Positions 1-9,500 of a DNA stretch of 51,536 nt are shown here, piece after piece. Made by a program: the position numbers and the translations under genes. The DNA comes from Nitrospiraceae bacterium (GTDB lineage Bacteria > Nitrospirota > Nitrospiria > Nitrospirales > Nitrospiraceae), in NCBI GenBank assembly GCA_900299325.1, contig OMJK01000068.1:1-51536 (forward strand), in the 5' to 3' direction. Positions within the stretch are counted from its first letter, which is position 1; each line of letters begins with the position of its first letter. The notes beneath the pieces are model-generated. The model had not been told where the DNA came from and searched no databases. It was given only the letters and a program-made list of their open reading frames with translations.

Positions 1-125
1 AGTTCTCCACTCTGAGTGTCTCAAGTCACGGGGAGCTTACACTGGCAGACCATGAAGAACAGAGTACCAAAAGATCAGTCGAGAGGTTTTGAGGTCATGA
101 AAATTTTGATAATTGTGGGGCGCGT

Positions 126-524
126 ATGGACAATAAGATAGCTCACCTTAATATGATCCAGGCAGTTATCAATCGTATGGCTGGCAATTCGTTTCTGCTG
201 AAAGGATGGTCGGTAACGCTTGTGTCTGCCTTGTTCGCGCTTGCTGCGGCCAAAGCGGAAATCATTTTCGCTGCGTTAGCATACTTTCCTGTTTTCTCGT
301 TTTGGATGTTGGATGCCTATTTTCTGTGGCAAGAGAGACTCTTCCGAGCACTCTACGACCAAGTGAGGGGTCTTGATGATACGGCAATAGACTTTTCAAT
401 GAATACTCAGCCAGTGTCTTCCAAGGCTGGTGAGTGGATCAGCGCCGCATTTTCTCTGACGCTTATTATTTTTTATGGTGCCGTCATCGGGTCGATTCTC
501 TTTGTGACAATTTCGATGAAGTAG
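126..524 (+). CDS. Small multi-TM membrane protein, candidate effector of the adjacent TIR protein
   Basis: 132 aa with about 3 hydrophobic segments; HLNMIQAVINRMAGNSFLLKGW and WMLDAYFLWQERLFRALY motifs of an uncharacterised family I recall beside TIR genes; AT-richer than the rest of the window. Confidence 0.75.
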   Translation: MDNKIAHLNMIQAVINRMAGNSFLLKGWSVTLVSALFALAAAKAEIIFAALAYFPVFSFWMLDAYFLWQERLFRALYDQVRGLDDTAIDFSMNTQPVSSKAGEWISAAFSLTLIIFYGAVIGSILFVTISMK

Positions 525-550
525 CGAGCCTAAATTAGGGAGAGCAAATC

Positions 551-1048
551 ATGGCACGCAGAGCGTTCTATAGTTTCCATTATCAGCCCGATAATTGGAG
601 GGCCTCGCAAGTACGTAACATGGGGGTTATTGATGGCGACGCTCCCGTCTCTGATAACGACTGGGAAACAATCACGCGAGGAGGTGACAATGCAATTCAG
701 AAATGGATCGATAACCAGCTGCAAGGAAAATCTTGTACGATTGTATTGATCGGGGCAAATACTGCAGGCAGGAAATGGATTAAATACGAGATCGAGAAGT
801 CATGGAATGATGGAAAGGGTTTGCTGGGTATATTTATTCACAATCTGAAAAATAGAGAACAGATGCAATCTGGGAAGGGCAGAAACCCGTTTGAAGATTT
901 TACGATGAAGAGAGATCAAGCCGCGCTTTCGAGCATCGTCAAAGCGTATGATCCACCTTATATGGCGAGCACTGACGTTTATAATTACATTAAGAGCAAT
1001 CTTGGGAGCTGGATCGAGACGGCAATTTCTATCCGCGCTAACTATTAG
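551..1048 (+). CDS. TIR-domain protein, ThsB/MTH538 (DUF1863)-like
   Basis: RRAFYSFHY, CTIVLIG, WIKYEI (putative catalytic E80), KGLLGIFIH; RBS AGGGAG upstream. Confidence 0.85.
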   Translation: MARRAFYSFHYQPDNWRASQVRNMGVIDGDAPVSDNDWETITRGGDNAIQKWIDNQLQGKSCTIVLIGANTAGRKWIKYEIEKSWNDGKGLLGIFIHNLKNREQMQSGKGRNPFEDFTMKRDQAALSSIVKAYDPPYMASTDVYNYIKSNLGSWIETAISIRANY

Positions 1049-1140
1049 TTTGGTTCTACGGGTTGCTGAAAAGGGGCATTCAACGAGGCTACAGAAGAGA
1101 GTTCGTTTCTTGCGCATCACTCATCACGCGTCACTTCTTC

Positions 1141-2262
1141 TTACGGCTCCACTGTCACATCCACATACGCCGGTAAACTGTCCGCTCCTTTCTTATCCGT
1201 CACGCGGAGTTTGAAGCGGTAGGTGCGTTTCTCGGACACGACCGGCGCTTGGAAGGACGCCTCTGAATTATTCACGTCGAGCAGCGGCACTTTGTTGCCG
1301 CGCACCTGGCTCCAGGCGTAATACAGGGCCTCGCCTTCCGGATCGCGGCTCTTGAGCCCGCTCAGTTTCACCTTCGTGCCGGCCTTCACGGTTTTGTTCG
1401 ATCCCGCGTCGGCCACCGGCGCTTCGTTCGGCTCGTCGTTCACGTTCACTTCCACATCGAGTTGCGCCTGCTTGCCACGATTCGCGACGGTGACTATGGC
1501 TTTGCCGTTGCCGACGATCTGCAACATGCCGTCCGGGAGGACCTTGATGACCTTCGGGTTCAACGACTGATAGCTGGTGCCGCTGGACGGCGAACTGATC
1601 GCGCGCGTCACGCCGTCGGCAAATTCCCCGACCACCGGCAGCTCGAACACCTTGCCCATCGAATCGATGTGGCCGTAGGCCGACGATTGGCCGGCGCGGC
1701 CGAGCTGCAGCGGCTTGTCGGTTTCGAAGTCGATCGTCTGCAGCGCCGCTTCCGGCTCGACCTTCACAATCACCTCGTCGAACACGCTGCGTGTGCCCAG
1801 CCGGCCGCGTGAGATATCGGCGACCGCCAGCAGCCGCATCGGGCCGACGGCATCTTTGGGGACTTTGAGCGTGCCGCCGAAGGGCGGGTTCTGCTCGCTC
1901 GTAGAGACCAGCGTAGCGAGTGCCACCACCGGCGCGCCGGTTACGCTGTCTTTCTGAAAGAACCGGTCATCGGCGATTTTTTCCTGCTGCGGCGGACCAC
2001 CCTCGATGTCTTCCTGCTGGACCAGCGTGTCAGCGAGTTCGCCGTACCAATAATAGCGAACCTTGACGATGCCGCTGTCGTCGCCGAGATCGACCTTGGC
2101 GGTGACGGTCTGACCGGATTTCACGGTCGCGCCTTCGGCGGGCGACACGATCTTAAACGCCAGGGCCGGCTGTGCCAGGAGGACGAAGCACGAGGCGAGG
2201 GGCAAGAGGTAGCGGTTCCGGAGACACGCTTCACGCTTCACGAGTGACGCTTCACGAGCCAT
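1141..2262 (-). CDS. Exported protein with Ig-like and C-terminal PKD-like domains
   Basis: Signal peptide ending PALA; NEAPVADAG...SRDPEG..LYYAWSQ..YRFKLRVTD PKD-like signature. Confidence 0.75.
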   Translation of the reverse strand: MAREASLVKREACLRNRYLLPLASCFVLLAQPALAFKIVSPAEGATVKSGQTVTAKVDLGDDSGIVKVRYYWYGELADTLVQQEDIEGGPPQQEKIADDRFFQKDSVTGAPVVALATLVSTSEQNPPFGGTLKVPKDAVGPMRLLAVADISRGRLGTRSVFDEVIVKVEPEAALQTIDFETDKPLQLGRAGQSSAYGHIDSMGKVFELPVVGEFADGVTRAISSPSSGTSYQSLNPKVIKVLPDGMLQIVGNGKAIVTVANRGKQAQLDVEVNVNDEPNEAPVADAGSNKTVKAGTKVKLSGLKSRDPEGEALYYAWSQVRGNKVPLLDVNNSEASFQAPVVSEKRTYRFKLRVTDKKGADSLPAYVDVTVEP

Positions 2263-2264
2263 TG

Positions 2265-4079
2265 TTATCTCGTCAGATGGAACGGCACGTCGGTGAGGAT
2301 GACGCGGTCTTTGAACAGCAGCGCCGCTTTGAGCAACAGCGCGCGCTGGTTATGGAGGATGTTCTGCCACCAGCGGGCCGGCAGAATTTCCGGCAGGACG
2401 ACGGTCACCCAATTGTCCGGCTCCTTCTCCAGGATGCTCTCGATATATTCCAGCAGCGATCCCAAAATCGATCGATAGGGAGAGGGGAGCACGATCAGCG
2501 GTACGCCGCAGCCCCACTGCGCCCATTGAATTTCGGTCAGCGCAGTTTCCTCCTTATCGACGGAGACCATCACGGCCCGCACGTCGCCGCCGCGGCTCCG
2601 CGCATAGTCCACCGCGCGCACGACCGCCCGGTTGACGCCGCCGATGGGAATCAGCACGACGTTGCGGCTCGGCCGGGGCGGACGATGGTCGCGGGACAGC
2701 GAGACCTGTTCGGACACCGCCTGATAGTGGCGGTGGATGGCGAGAAACAGCGCGATCAACAACGGCACGAGCACGATGACGATCCAGGCGCCGTGCGAGA
2801 ACTTGGTGCTGGCGATGACGAGCGTCGCCGCGGCGGTGGCCACGGCGCCGGCGCCGTTGACGGCCAGTTTGTGCCGCCAATGCGGGCCTTTTTTAATCCG
2901 CCAGCGCTTCACCATGCCGGCCTGGGACAAGGTGAAGGAGAGGAATACCCCGACGGCGTAGAGCGGGATCAGCGCGTGGGTGTCGCCTTGGAAGAGCACG
3001 ATCAGCAGGCAGGAGAATACGCCGAGAATGATGATGCCGTTCGAAAACACCAGCCGGTCGCCCATCATCGCCATCTGGTGCGGCATGTAGCCGTCGCGCG
3101 CAAGCAGGGACGCCAGCCGGGGAAAGCCCGCGAAGGCGCTGTTGGCCGCCAGCACCAGGATCAGCATCGTCGACCCTTGCACCAGATAATAGAGCGCGCC
3201 GGTGCCGAAGGTGGCGCGGGCAATTTGGGACACGACCGTTTCGTCTTCTTTGGGCACGATGCCGTAGTGATAGGCCATGACGCTGATGCCCATGAACAGG
3301 GTGGCCAGGATGGCTGCCATGCCGAGCATGGTGAGCGCGGCGTTTTTGGACTCGGGCTTCTTGAACGCTGTCACGCCGTTGGAGATCACCTCCACGCCGG
3401 TGAGCGCCGTACAGCCGGATGAGAATGCGCGCAGAATCAAAAACACCGTGAGCGGTTCGGCCACTCCGGCGGGCGAGGGCGGCGGTGGCGTCGCGGCCCC
3501 GCCACCGAGGAGCATCTTCAAAAACCCGCTGCCCAGCATGATCAGCAGCATGCCGATGAACAGATACGTCGGCACGGCGAAGACTTTGCCCGACTCGCGG
3601 ACGCCCCGGAGATTGACGACGAGCACGGTGACGATGGCGGCGATGCAGAGGGCTTCGCGGTGAGGCAGCAACTCCGGCACGGCCGACGTGACGGCGGCGA
3701 TGCCGGCCGCGACGCTGACGGCGACCGTGAGCACATAGTCGATCATGAGCGAGGCGGCGGCGGTCAATCCGGGCCACTCGCCCAGGTTCGACTTCGCGAC
3801 GATGTAGGCGCCGCCGCCCGAGGGATATTCGAAAATAATCTGGCGATACGACATCGTCAGGATCGCCAGCAGGCCGACGATGGAAAGACTGATAGGGATC
3901 GAGGCGGCGACGACTGCCGTGCCGGCGAGGGTCAGAACCAGGAGGATTTCTTCGGTGGCGTAGGCGACGGACGACAGCGCGTCCGAGGAAAAGACGGCGA
4001 GGGCCAGCCGTTTGGACAACCGTTCATGCGCGGCTTGCGCAGTCTTCAAGGGGTCGCCGACGAACCACCGCTTGAGCAT
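2265..4079 (-). CDS. APC-family permease, KimA/YdaO-like (possible K+ transporter)
   Basis: SSDALSSVAYATEE, YPSGGGAY, GCTALTGVEVISNG, PLYAVGVF, SPYRS, LHNQ motifs; about 12 TM helices. Confidence 0.85.
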   Translation of the reverse strand: MLKRWFVGDPLKTAQAAHERLSKRLALAVFSSDALSSVAYATEEILLVLTLAGTAVVAASIPISLSIVGLLAILTMSYRQIIFEYPSGGGAYIVAKSNLGEWPGLTAAASLMIDYVLTVAVSVAAGIAAVTSAVPELLPHREALCIAAIVTVLVVNLRGVRESGKVFAVPTYLFIGMLLIMLGSGFLKMLLGGGAATPPPPSPAGVAEPLTVFLILRAFSSGCTALTGVEVISNGVTAFKKPESKNAALTMLGMAAILATLFMGISVMAYHYGIVPKEDETVVSQIARATFGTGALYYLVQGSTMLILVLAANSAFAGFPRLASLLARDGYMPHQMAMMGDRLVFSNGIIILGVFSCLLIVLFQGDTHALIPLYAVGVFLSFTLSQAGMVKRWRIKKGPHWRHKLAVNGAGAVATAAATLVIASTKFSHGAWIVIVLVPLLIALFLAIHRHYQAVSEQVSLSRDHRPPRPSRNVVLIPIGGVNRAVVRAVDYARSRGGDVRAVMVSVDKEETALTEIQWAQWGCGVPLIVLPSPYRSILGSLLEYIESILEKEPDNWVTVVLPEILPARWWQNILHNQRALLLKAALLFKDRVILTDVPFHLTR

Positions 4080-4164
4080 GCGGCATTATCGCATACTTAT
4101 CCGCAAGAACGAAAATGAAGACGGCCTGCGTAGAACGGATCAGAGGACGCGAACGAGTGGGCGG

Positions 4165-4425
4165 CTAGTACGGCTCGCGGTATCGGGTGATGAGATCGCA
4201 GGACCGGCGGCAGTCGTCGCAGTACGTGCGGGCGAATGCCATCTGGGCGTGATGAATGGCGCGTCCTTTGAAGAAAGTGCGCAGGTCCATCCAGGCCGAC
4301 GCCTGCCACGCGGTCGTCGGCTGATCGATTCGCGCCGCGTCGTACACGCGCCGGCAGAGATCGCACATCGGCACGATCCGGTCGACGCCCGTCGCATGCG
4401 GATGCTGGTGCGAAGTTGCTTCCAT
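4165..4425 (-). CDS. Small Cys-motif hypothetical protein
   Basis: 86 aa with PMCDLC and TYCDDC pairs; GGAG upstream on the minus strand. Confidence 0.6.
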   Translation of the reverse strand: MEATSHQHPHATGVDRIVPMCDLCRRVYDAARIDQPTTAWQASAWMDLRTFFKGRAIHHAQMAFARTYCDDCRRSCDLITRYREPY

Positions 4426-4551
4426 GACTCAGGCTCCTGCCGGGATGATGACGCGGGGTGTATCTTACGGGCGGGCCGCCGTTCGGCGCACCGGTAGGGT
4501 TACGAGTCGGACCGGTGAAAATTTACGGGATGGGGATGCGGCTCAGGCCGG

Positions 4552-5196
4552 TTAGGACGCGCCGACAAACCCGTTAGCCAGGGCGTACTTCACCAGGTCG
4601 ACGGTCGAGTGCAGATCCAGTTGTTCCATCAACTGGGCTTTATGAAACTCCACGGTGCGGGGCGAGATGTTCAGCCTGGCGGCGATGTCTTTGGCTGAGC
4701 AGCCTTCCGCGAGCAGCTGCAGCACTTCGCGCTGCCGGGCGGTGAGATCGACCGGGTGGGTCATCGCGGCCGGTCCGCCCTGCATCAGGGCGTCGATCAC
4801 TTCTTTGGTGATCAGCGGCGTCACGTAGTAGCCGCCGGCTTGTACGGTGCGGAGCGCCTGGCTCAATTCTTCGCCGAGCGACCCTTTCAGCAGATAGGCC
4901 GAGGCGCCGGCTTTGAAGGCCGCCCGGATGTAGGCGGCGTCCGCGTGCATCGTGACGAACACCAGCTTCACGCCCGGATACGCCGCCCGTAACTGGCGGG
5001 CCGCGTCGATGCCGTTGAGCACCGGCATCGAAATGTCGAGGATCACGATATCGGGTGTGTGCCGGGCGACGGCGTCCAGCAACGCGCGGCCGTCGCCGAC
5101 CGTAGCCAGCAGCGTGCAGTGCTCTTCCAGCAGGCGCCGGAAGCCTTCCACGACCAGGGTGTGGTCGTCGGCCAGAATGAGAGTCGGTTTCGTCAT
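4552..5196 (-). CDS. NarL/FixJ-family response regulator (REC + LuxR HTH)
   Basis: LADDH, LDISMP, LTARQREVLQLLAEG..KDIA..LNISPRTVEFH. Confidence 0.95.
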   Translation of the reverse strand: MTKPTLILADDHTLVVEGFRRLLEEHCTLLATVGDGRALLDAVARHTPDIVILDISMPVLNGIDAARQLRAAYPGVKLVFVTMHADAAYIRAAFKAGASAYLLKGSLGEELSQALRTVQAGGYYVTPLITKEVIDALMQGGPAAMTHPVDLTARQREVLQLLAEGCSAKDIAARLNISPRTVEFHKAQLMEQLDLHSTVDLVKYALANGFVGAS

Positions 5197-6269
5197 GGTG
5201 CGCCTACCGTCAGCGGAGTCCGCACGCGGACTTCCGTGCCCGATCCGGGCCGCGACCGCACGTCACACATGCCTTCGACGGCCAGAATGCGTTCCCGCAC
5301 GTTCACGAGGCCGAGCCCCCGTCCGTTCCGTAGGCCGGCGTCGGGATCGAACCCGCGCCCGTTGTCCCGGATGGCCAATTCCATCGATGGACCCTCGACG
5401 GTCAGTTCCACTTCAACCCGGGTGGCCTGCGCGTGCCGCGCGATGTTGGAGAGGCATTCTTGTACTACGCGATAGACGGCGGTCGCAATCTCCTTCGAGA
5501 GAATCGGCGGGAGCGGCTGGCTGACGAACAGCGTTTTGATTTTTGTGTGCGCGGTGAAGTCGTCCAGGGTTTGCTGCAGCGCGGCGTCGAGGCCGAGATC
5601 GTCGAGAATCGACGGATGGAACCGGTAGGCCATGTGCCGGACGTCGTTGGAGAGCGTGACCAGATCCTGATGGATCTTCGCCACCTGCTCGCGGACCTCG
5701 GTGGGCGCGGCGGGCAGATGTTTCTCGGCCGCCTGCACGCTCAGCGTCAAGAGCGCCAGTCGCTGGTTCACGTCGTCGTGCAACTCGCGCGAGATGCGGC
5801 GGCGTTCATCGTCCTGCACCGCCAGGATGCGGCCGGTCAGGGCGAGGAGGTCCCGCTGGCTTTGTTGCAGCGCCTGCTGGATGGAAAGGAGATCGACGGT
5901 GCGCTCCTGGACGCGCTGTTCAAGCCCGTCGTTCGCTTCGCGCAGCACCGACTCGGCCCAGCGCCGCTGGTGGATGAACGCGACGGGAGCCCAGATGGCC
6001 AGGAGGCTGAGAAACCGGTTGCTCCATCCCAGCCACCAGGGCAGGCCGGGCAAGGTGGGGCTGAGTGCGGCGCCGACGATCGTGAGCACCGAACAGCCGG
6101 CAGCGGTGACGATGGGCAGGCGGGCATCGGAACTGAGCGACGATAAGAACACGACAAAGCCGTAGGAAATGGCGATGGCGATACCGAGCGGGAGGATGAG
6201 ATCGATCCCAAACAGCGTCAAGCTCAGGACGATGGTTGCGATCGGAATGTATTGCCGGTCCCCGCTCAT
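5193..6269 (-). CDS. Membrane sensor histidine kinase, HisKA_3 type
   Basis: N-terminal TM helices; ERRRISRELHDDVNQ H-box; ECLSNIARHA, DNGRGF, GLGL; 4-nt overlap with the regulator. Confidence 0.93.
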   Translation of the reverse strand: MSGDRQYIPIATIVLSLTLFGIDLILPLGIAIAISYGFVVFLSSLSSDARLPIVTAAGCSVLTIVGAALSPTLPGLPWWLGWSNRFLSLLAIWAPVAFIHQRRWAESVLREANDGLEQRVQERTVDLLSIQQALQQSQRDLLALTGRILAVQDDERRRISRELHDDVNQRLALLTLSVQAAEKHLPAAPTEVREQVAKIHQDLVTLSNDVRHMAYRFHPSILDDLGLDAALQQTLDDFTAHTKIKTLFVSQPLPPILSKEIATAVYRVVQECLSNIARHAQATRVEVELTVEGPSMELAIRDNGRGFDPDAGLRNGRGLGLVNVRERILAVEGMCDVRSRPGSGTEVRVRTPLTVGAP

Positions 6270-6426
6270 CGACGGCCGTCACCGTAATGAAAGGTTTTCC
6301 TCTCCCGTCGGGCGCCTATTATGCCGTCCGGCTTGCCCGGACAGCAACGTGGTTGGTGCAGATGAACCACATGGCCCTCGGAGATTAGAGCGGCAGTCAC
6401 CCGGAGCCTAGCGGGGAACTTTGGAG

Positions 6427-6455
6427 TTGACAGCGAATGTCGTCTTGAGTAATCT
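6427..6455 (+). promoter_or_regulatory. Putative sigma-70 promoter of the multicopper oxidase gene
   Basis: TTGACA-17 nt-TAATCT. Confidence 0.6.
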
Positions 6456-6573
6456 TCGGACCCCTACTTCTAAGCACGCCCTTCGTGCGTGGTGCGAAGG
6501 TATAGATAGAGAACCTTTTATCGAACTTCTGTACGCCTGTGATTCTCTAATCACCTTTCAAGGAGGCCGGTCC

Positions 6574-9500
6574 ATGTATCAGCACAGTCGTTTCTCTACC
6601 CGCGCCCTCAGCGTGATCGCGGGCGGAGCCTTGCTGTGGCTCCCGCTTGTCGCGTCGGCTGAGAGCACGTCGTCCCACGAGGGACATGCCACGGCACAGC
6701 CGGTGGCGATGCAGCACCAGGTACCCGCCTGGGCGGAGCAGCTCAAGGGCCAGACGATCGTCGAAGACACGATGTCCGGACGGGGCGAGCGCTCGGCGAT
6801 GGTCGAACAGCAGCACCAGCGCATCATGGAGCACATGACGCATGATCCGCAGGTGCAGGGCGTGAACACCGGCATGTACAACACCCAGTCCATGATGCAC
6901 CAGTACGGTGCGGGCGGGCAGGACATGCTGCTCGTGTCCGATCCCCGCGTCGAACCGGTGGCCATGACGGGCGGGGGCAAGTGCCCCGCGACCGCGCCGG
7001 TGAAGCAGTACAACGTGTCCGCGATCAACGTCGAGATTACCCTCAATCAGTGGCTCGACTTCTATCCCGGCTACATGTATGTGCTGGATGAGAACCTCGA
7101 CAAGGTTCGCGCGGAAGAAACCAAGAACAAAGAAGCCCGCGAGAAGGAAGGCTACGATCCGGGCGCCGTCATCAACGGCGTGCAGGCCCAGTGGATTCAG
7201 CCGCTGACCATCCGCGGCAACCAGGGTGACTGCGTCAAGATCAAGCTCAGCAACAAGCTCGAGGGCGGCGAAGACGTCAGCCTGCACATCCATGGTTCTG
7301 CGACGGTCGTGAGCGCCACCGGTGCCGCGGCCACGACCACGAACCCGGATTCGATTGCGGCGAAAGACAAGTCGATCGATCTCGAGTGGTACATCCATCC
7401 GAACACCCAGGAGGGTGTCCGGCAGTTCCATACGTTCAGCAACGATCGTGAATTGACCGTCATGGGCATGTTCGGGTCCTTCGTCGTGGAGCCGCGCGGA
7501 TCCTCGTACTGGGAGCCCCTCGGCAGCGGCGACGCAACGCCGGCCACCAGCGGCTGGCAGGTCATGATCAAGAACGGCACGGGCCCGGACTTCCGGGAGT
7601 TCGTGCTCTTCTATCACGAAGTCGGCGACGAAGCGTTCCGTCCGTTGAATAAAAAGGGCGACTTCCTGCCGCAGCGCGATCCGCTGACCGACGCCTATCG
7701 TCCGGGCGGCCGTGCGATCAACTATCGCAGCGAGCCGTTCGGCATCAACAACATGCATGTGCAGCACGAGTACTTCGGCTTCGAGGACGAGTCGATGGGC
7801 TACAGTTCCTATACTTTCGGCGATCCGTCCCCGACGGTTCCGCGTTCCTACATCGGCGACCCGGCGAAGTTCCGCTTGGTCCATGGCGGGTCCGAAGTGT
7901 TCCACAGCCACCATCCGCACGGCGGCACGATCCGCTGGCCGCGCAGCCCGCGGGCCATCGATGACATGAACCTCTGGGCCACCAGCACCAACGGCCCGGT
8001 GAAGTATCCGGTGATCCGCGCCAAGACCGACCGGGTCGACGTCGAAGTCATCGGCCCGTCCGAAGCGCTTGACCTCGAAACGGAGTGCGGCTCCGGTCTC
8101 TGCCAGCAGCTAGCCGGCGACTTCCTCTTCCACTGCCACGTCGCGCACCACTATGTGGCGGGCATGTGGGGGTACTGGCGCGTGTACAACACGATTCAAC
8201 AGGGCGATCTGCGGAACGATGTGATGCCGGATCTGCGCGAGCTGCCGGATCGCAAGGGCCGCATCAGGGCGCCGGTGTCGTCCGACAAGTTGGTCGGACA
8301 GACACTCGATTGGTTCGGCAAGCAGTTCAAGATCGTCGACAAGGGCAAGAGCGATTGGAAGAGCAATCCGGCCACGGTCACGGTGAAGGATTGGGTCGAG
8401 ATGCAGCTGCCGACGATGGGCAAGCCCGGCCACAAGGACGATGAAAAGGGTCAGACGCAGTCGTACGATGCCACCGTGCTCGACTGGGCGTGGAACGGCA
8501 GCGTGGCGATGAGCGAGAGAGAAAGCGAAGTCGAGAACCCCAAGTACAAGTCCACGCATCCGGGCAAGCGCCATCCGATCATGTTCGAGGCGCTCACCGG
8601 GAAAGTGGCTTGGCCGTATCTGACACCGCACTTCGGTCGACGTGTGATGTTCTCCCCGAACCATGTCGGTGCGCCCTGGTTGGAGATGATCCGTCGGAAC
8701 ACCGACGGGTCGGAGAGTCTCGATCAGGCGATCCCGGGTGAGAACGGCAACTGGAGCTTGTGCCCGGAGAATGCGGGCCGCAAGTCCTACAACGTGCACT
8801 TCGTGAAGATGCCGATCAAGATTGCGAAGGCGCAGGGTAAGGAGCCGCCTGTGATCGACCCGAACGGGTTGATCTACGTGCTCCACGAAGAAGAAGCAGC
8901 GATCCGCGCCAACGACGATCTGAAATATCCGCTGGTGGTCCGCGGCAACATCTACGATTGCGTAGACTGGACGCTGACCAGCGAGTGGGACGACGACGAC
9001 TACACGAACTTCCAGTCGTCGAAGATCAATACCCACTGGCACTTTCTGCAGTTCGACAACCAGTCGTCGGACGGCGTGATCACCGGCTTCTCGTACGAGC
9101 AGTCGGTCCGTCCGTTCACGATGCTGGAAAAGAAGAATGCCAAGGGCCTGCCGATGCCGATGAACACCGTGTTGACGGCGGCAGCGAAAAAGGGCTCGAA
9201 CAGCCTCACGGTCAAGAATGCCAAACAGTACCATGTCGGCACCTTGATCCTGGTCGGTGCCGATAACGTGAAGGGCAATGAAATCTCCCGCGTCAAGGCG
9301 ATCAGCGGCAACACCATCACCTTGACGAGCGGGTTGAAGAACGATCACCCGGCGAACGACATCGTGACGGTGGAATTCGTCCGGCAGCGGTTCTGGGTTG
9401 ATGCGGACGTGGGCACCGTGTTCTGGCACGACCACGCCTTTGGCGCGACCACCTGGCCGCACGGCGGGTTCGGCACGTTCATCGCCGAGCCGGTGGGTTC

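Noticed and set aside
1-125. 3' end of an upstream gene of the TIR locus
   Set aside because: Two frames are open for only 17-29 codons; cannot be assigned without flanking sequence
4080-4164. c-di-AMP (ydaO) riboswitch upstream of the KimA-like gene
   Set aside because: Gap is only ~85 nt and I could not see the conserved motifs
6421-6573. 51-aa N-terminal extension of the multicopper oxidase
   Set aside because: Overlaps the predicted promoter; RBS and signal peptide point to ATG 6574
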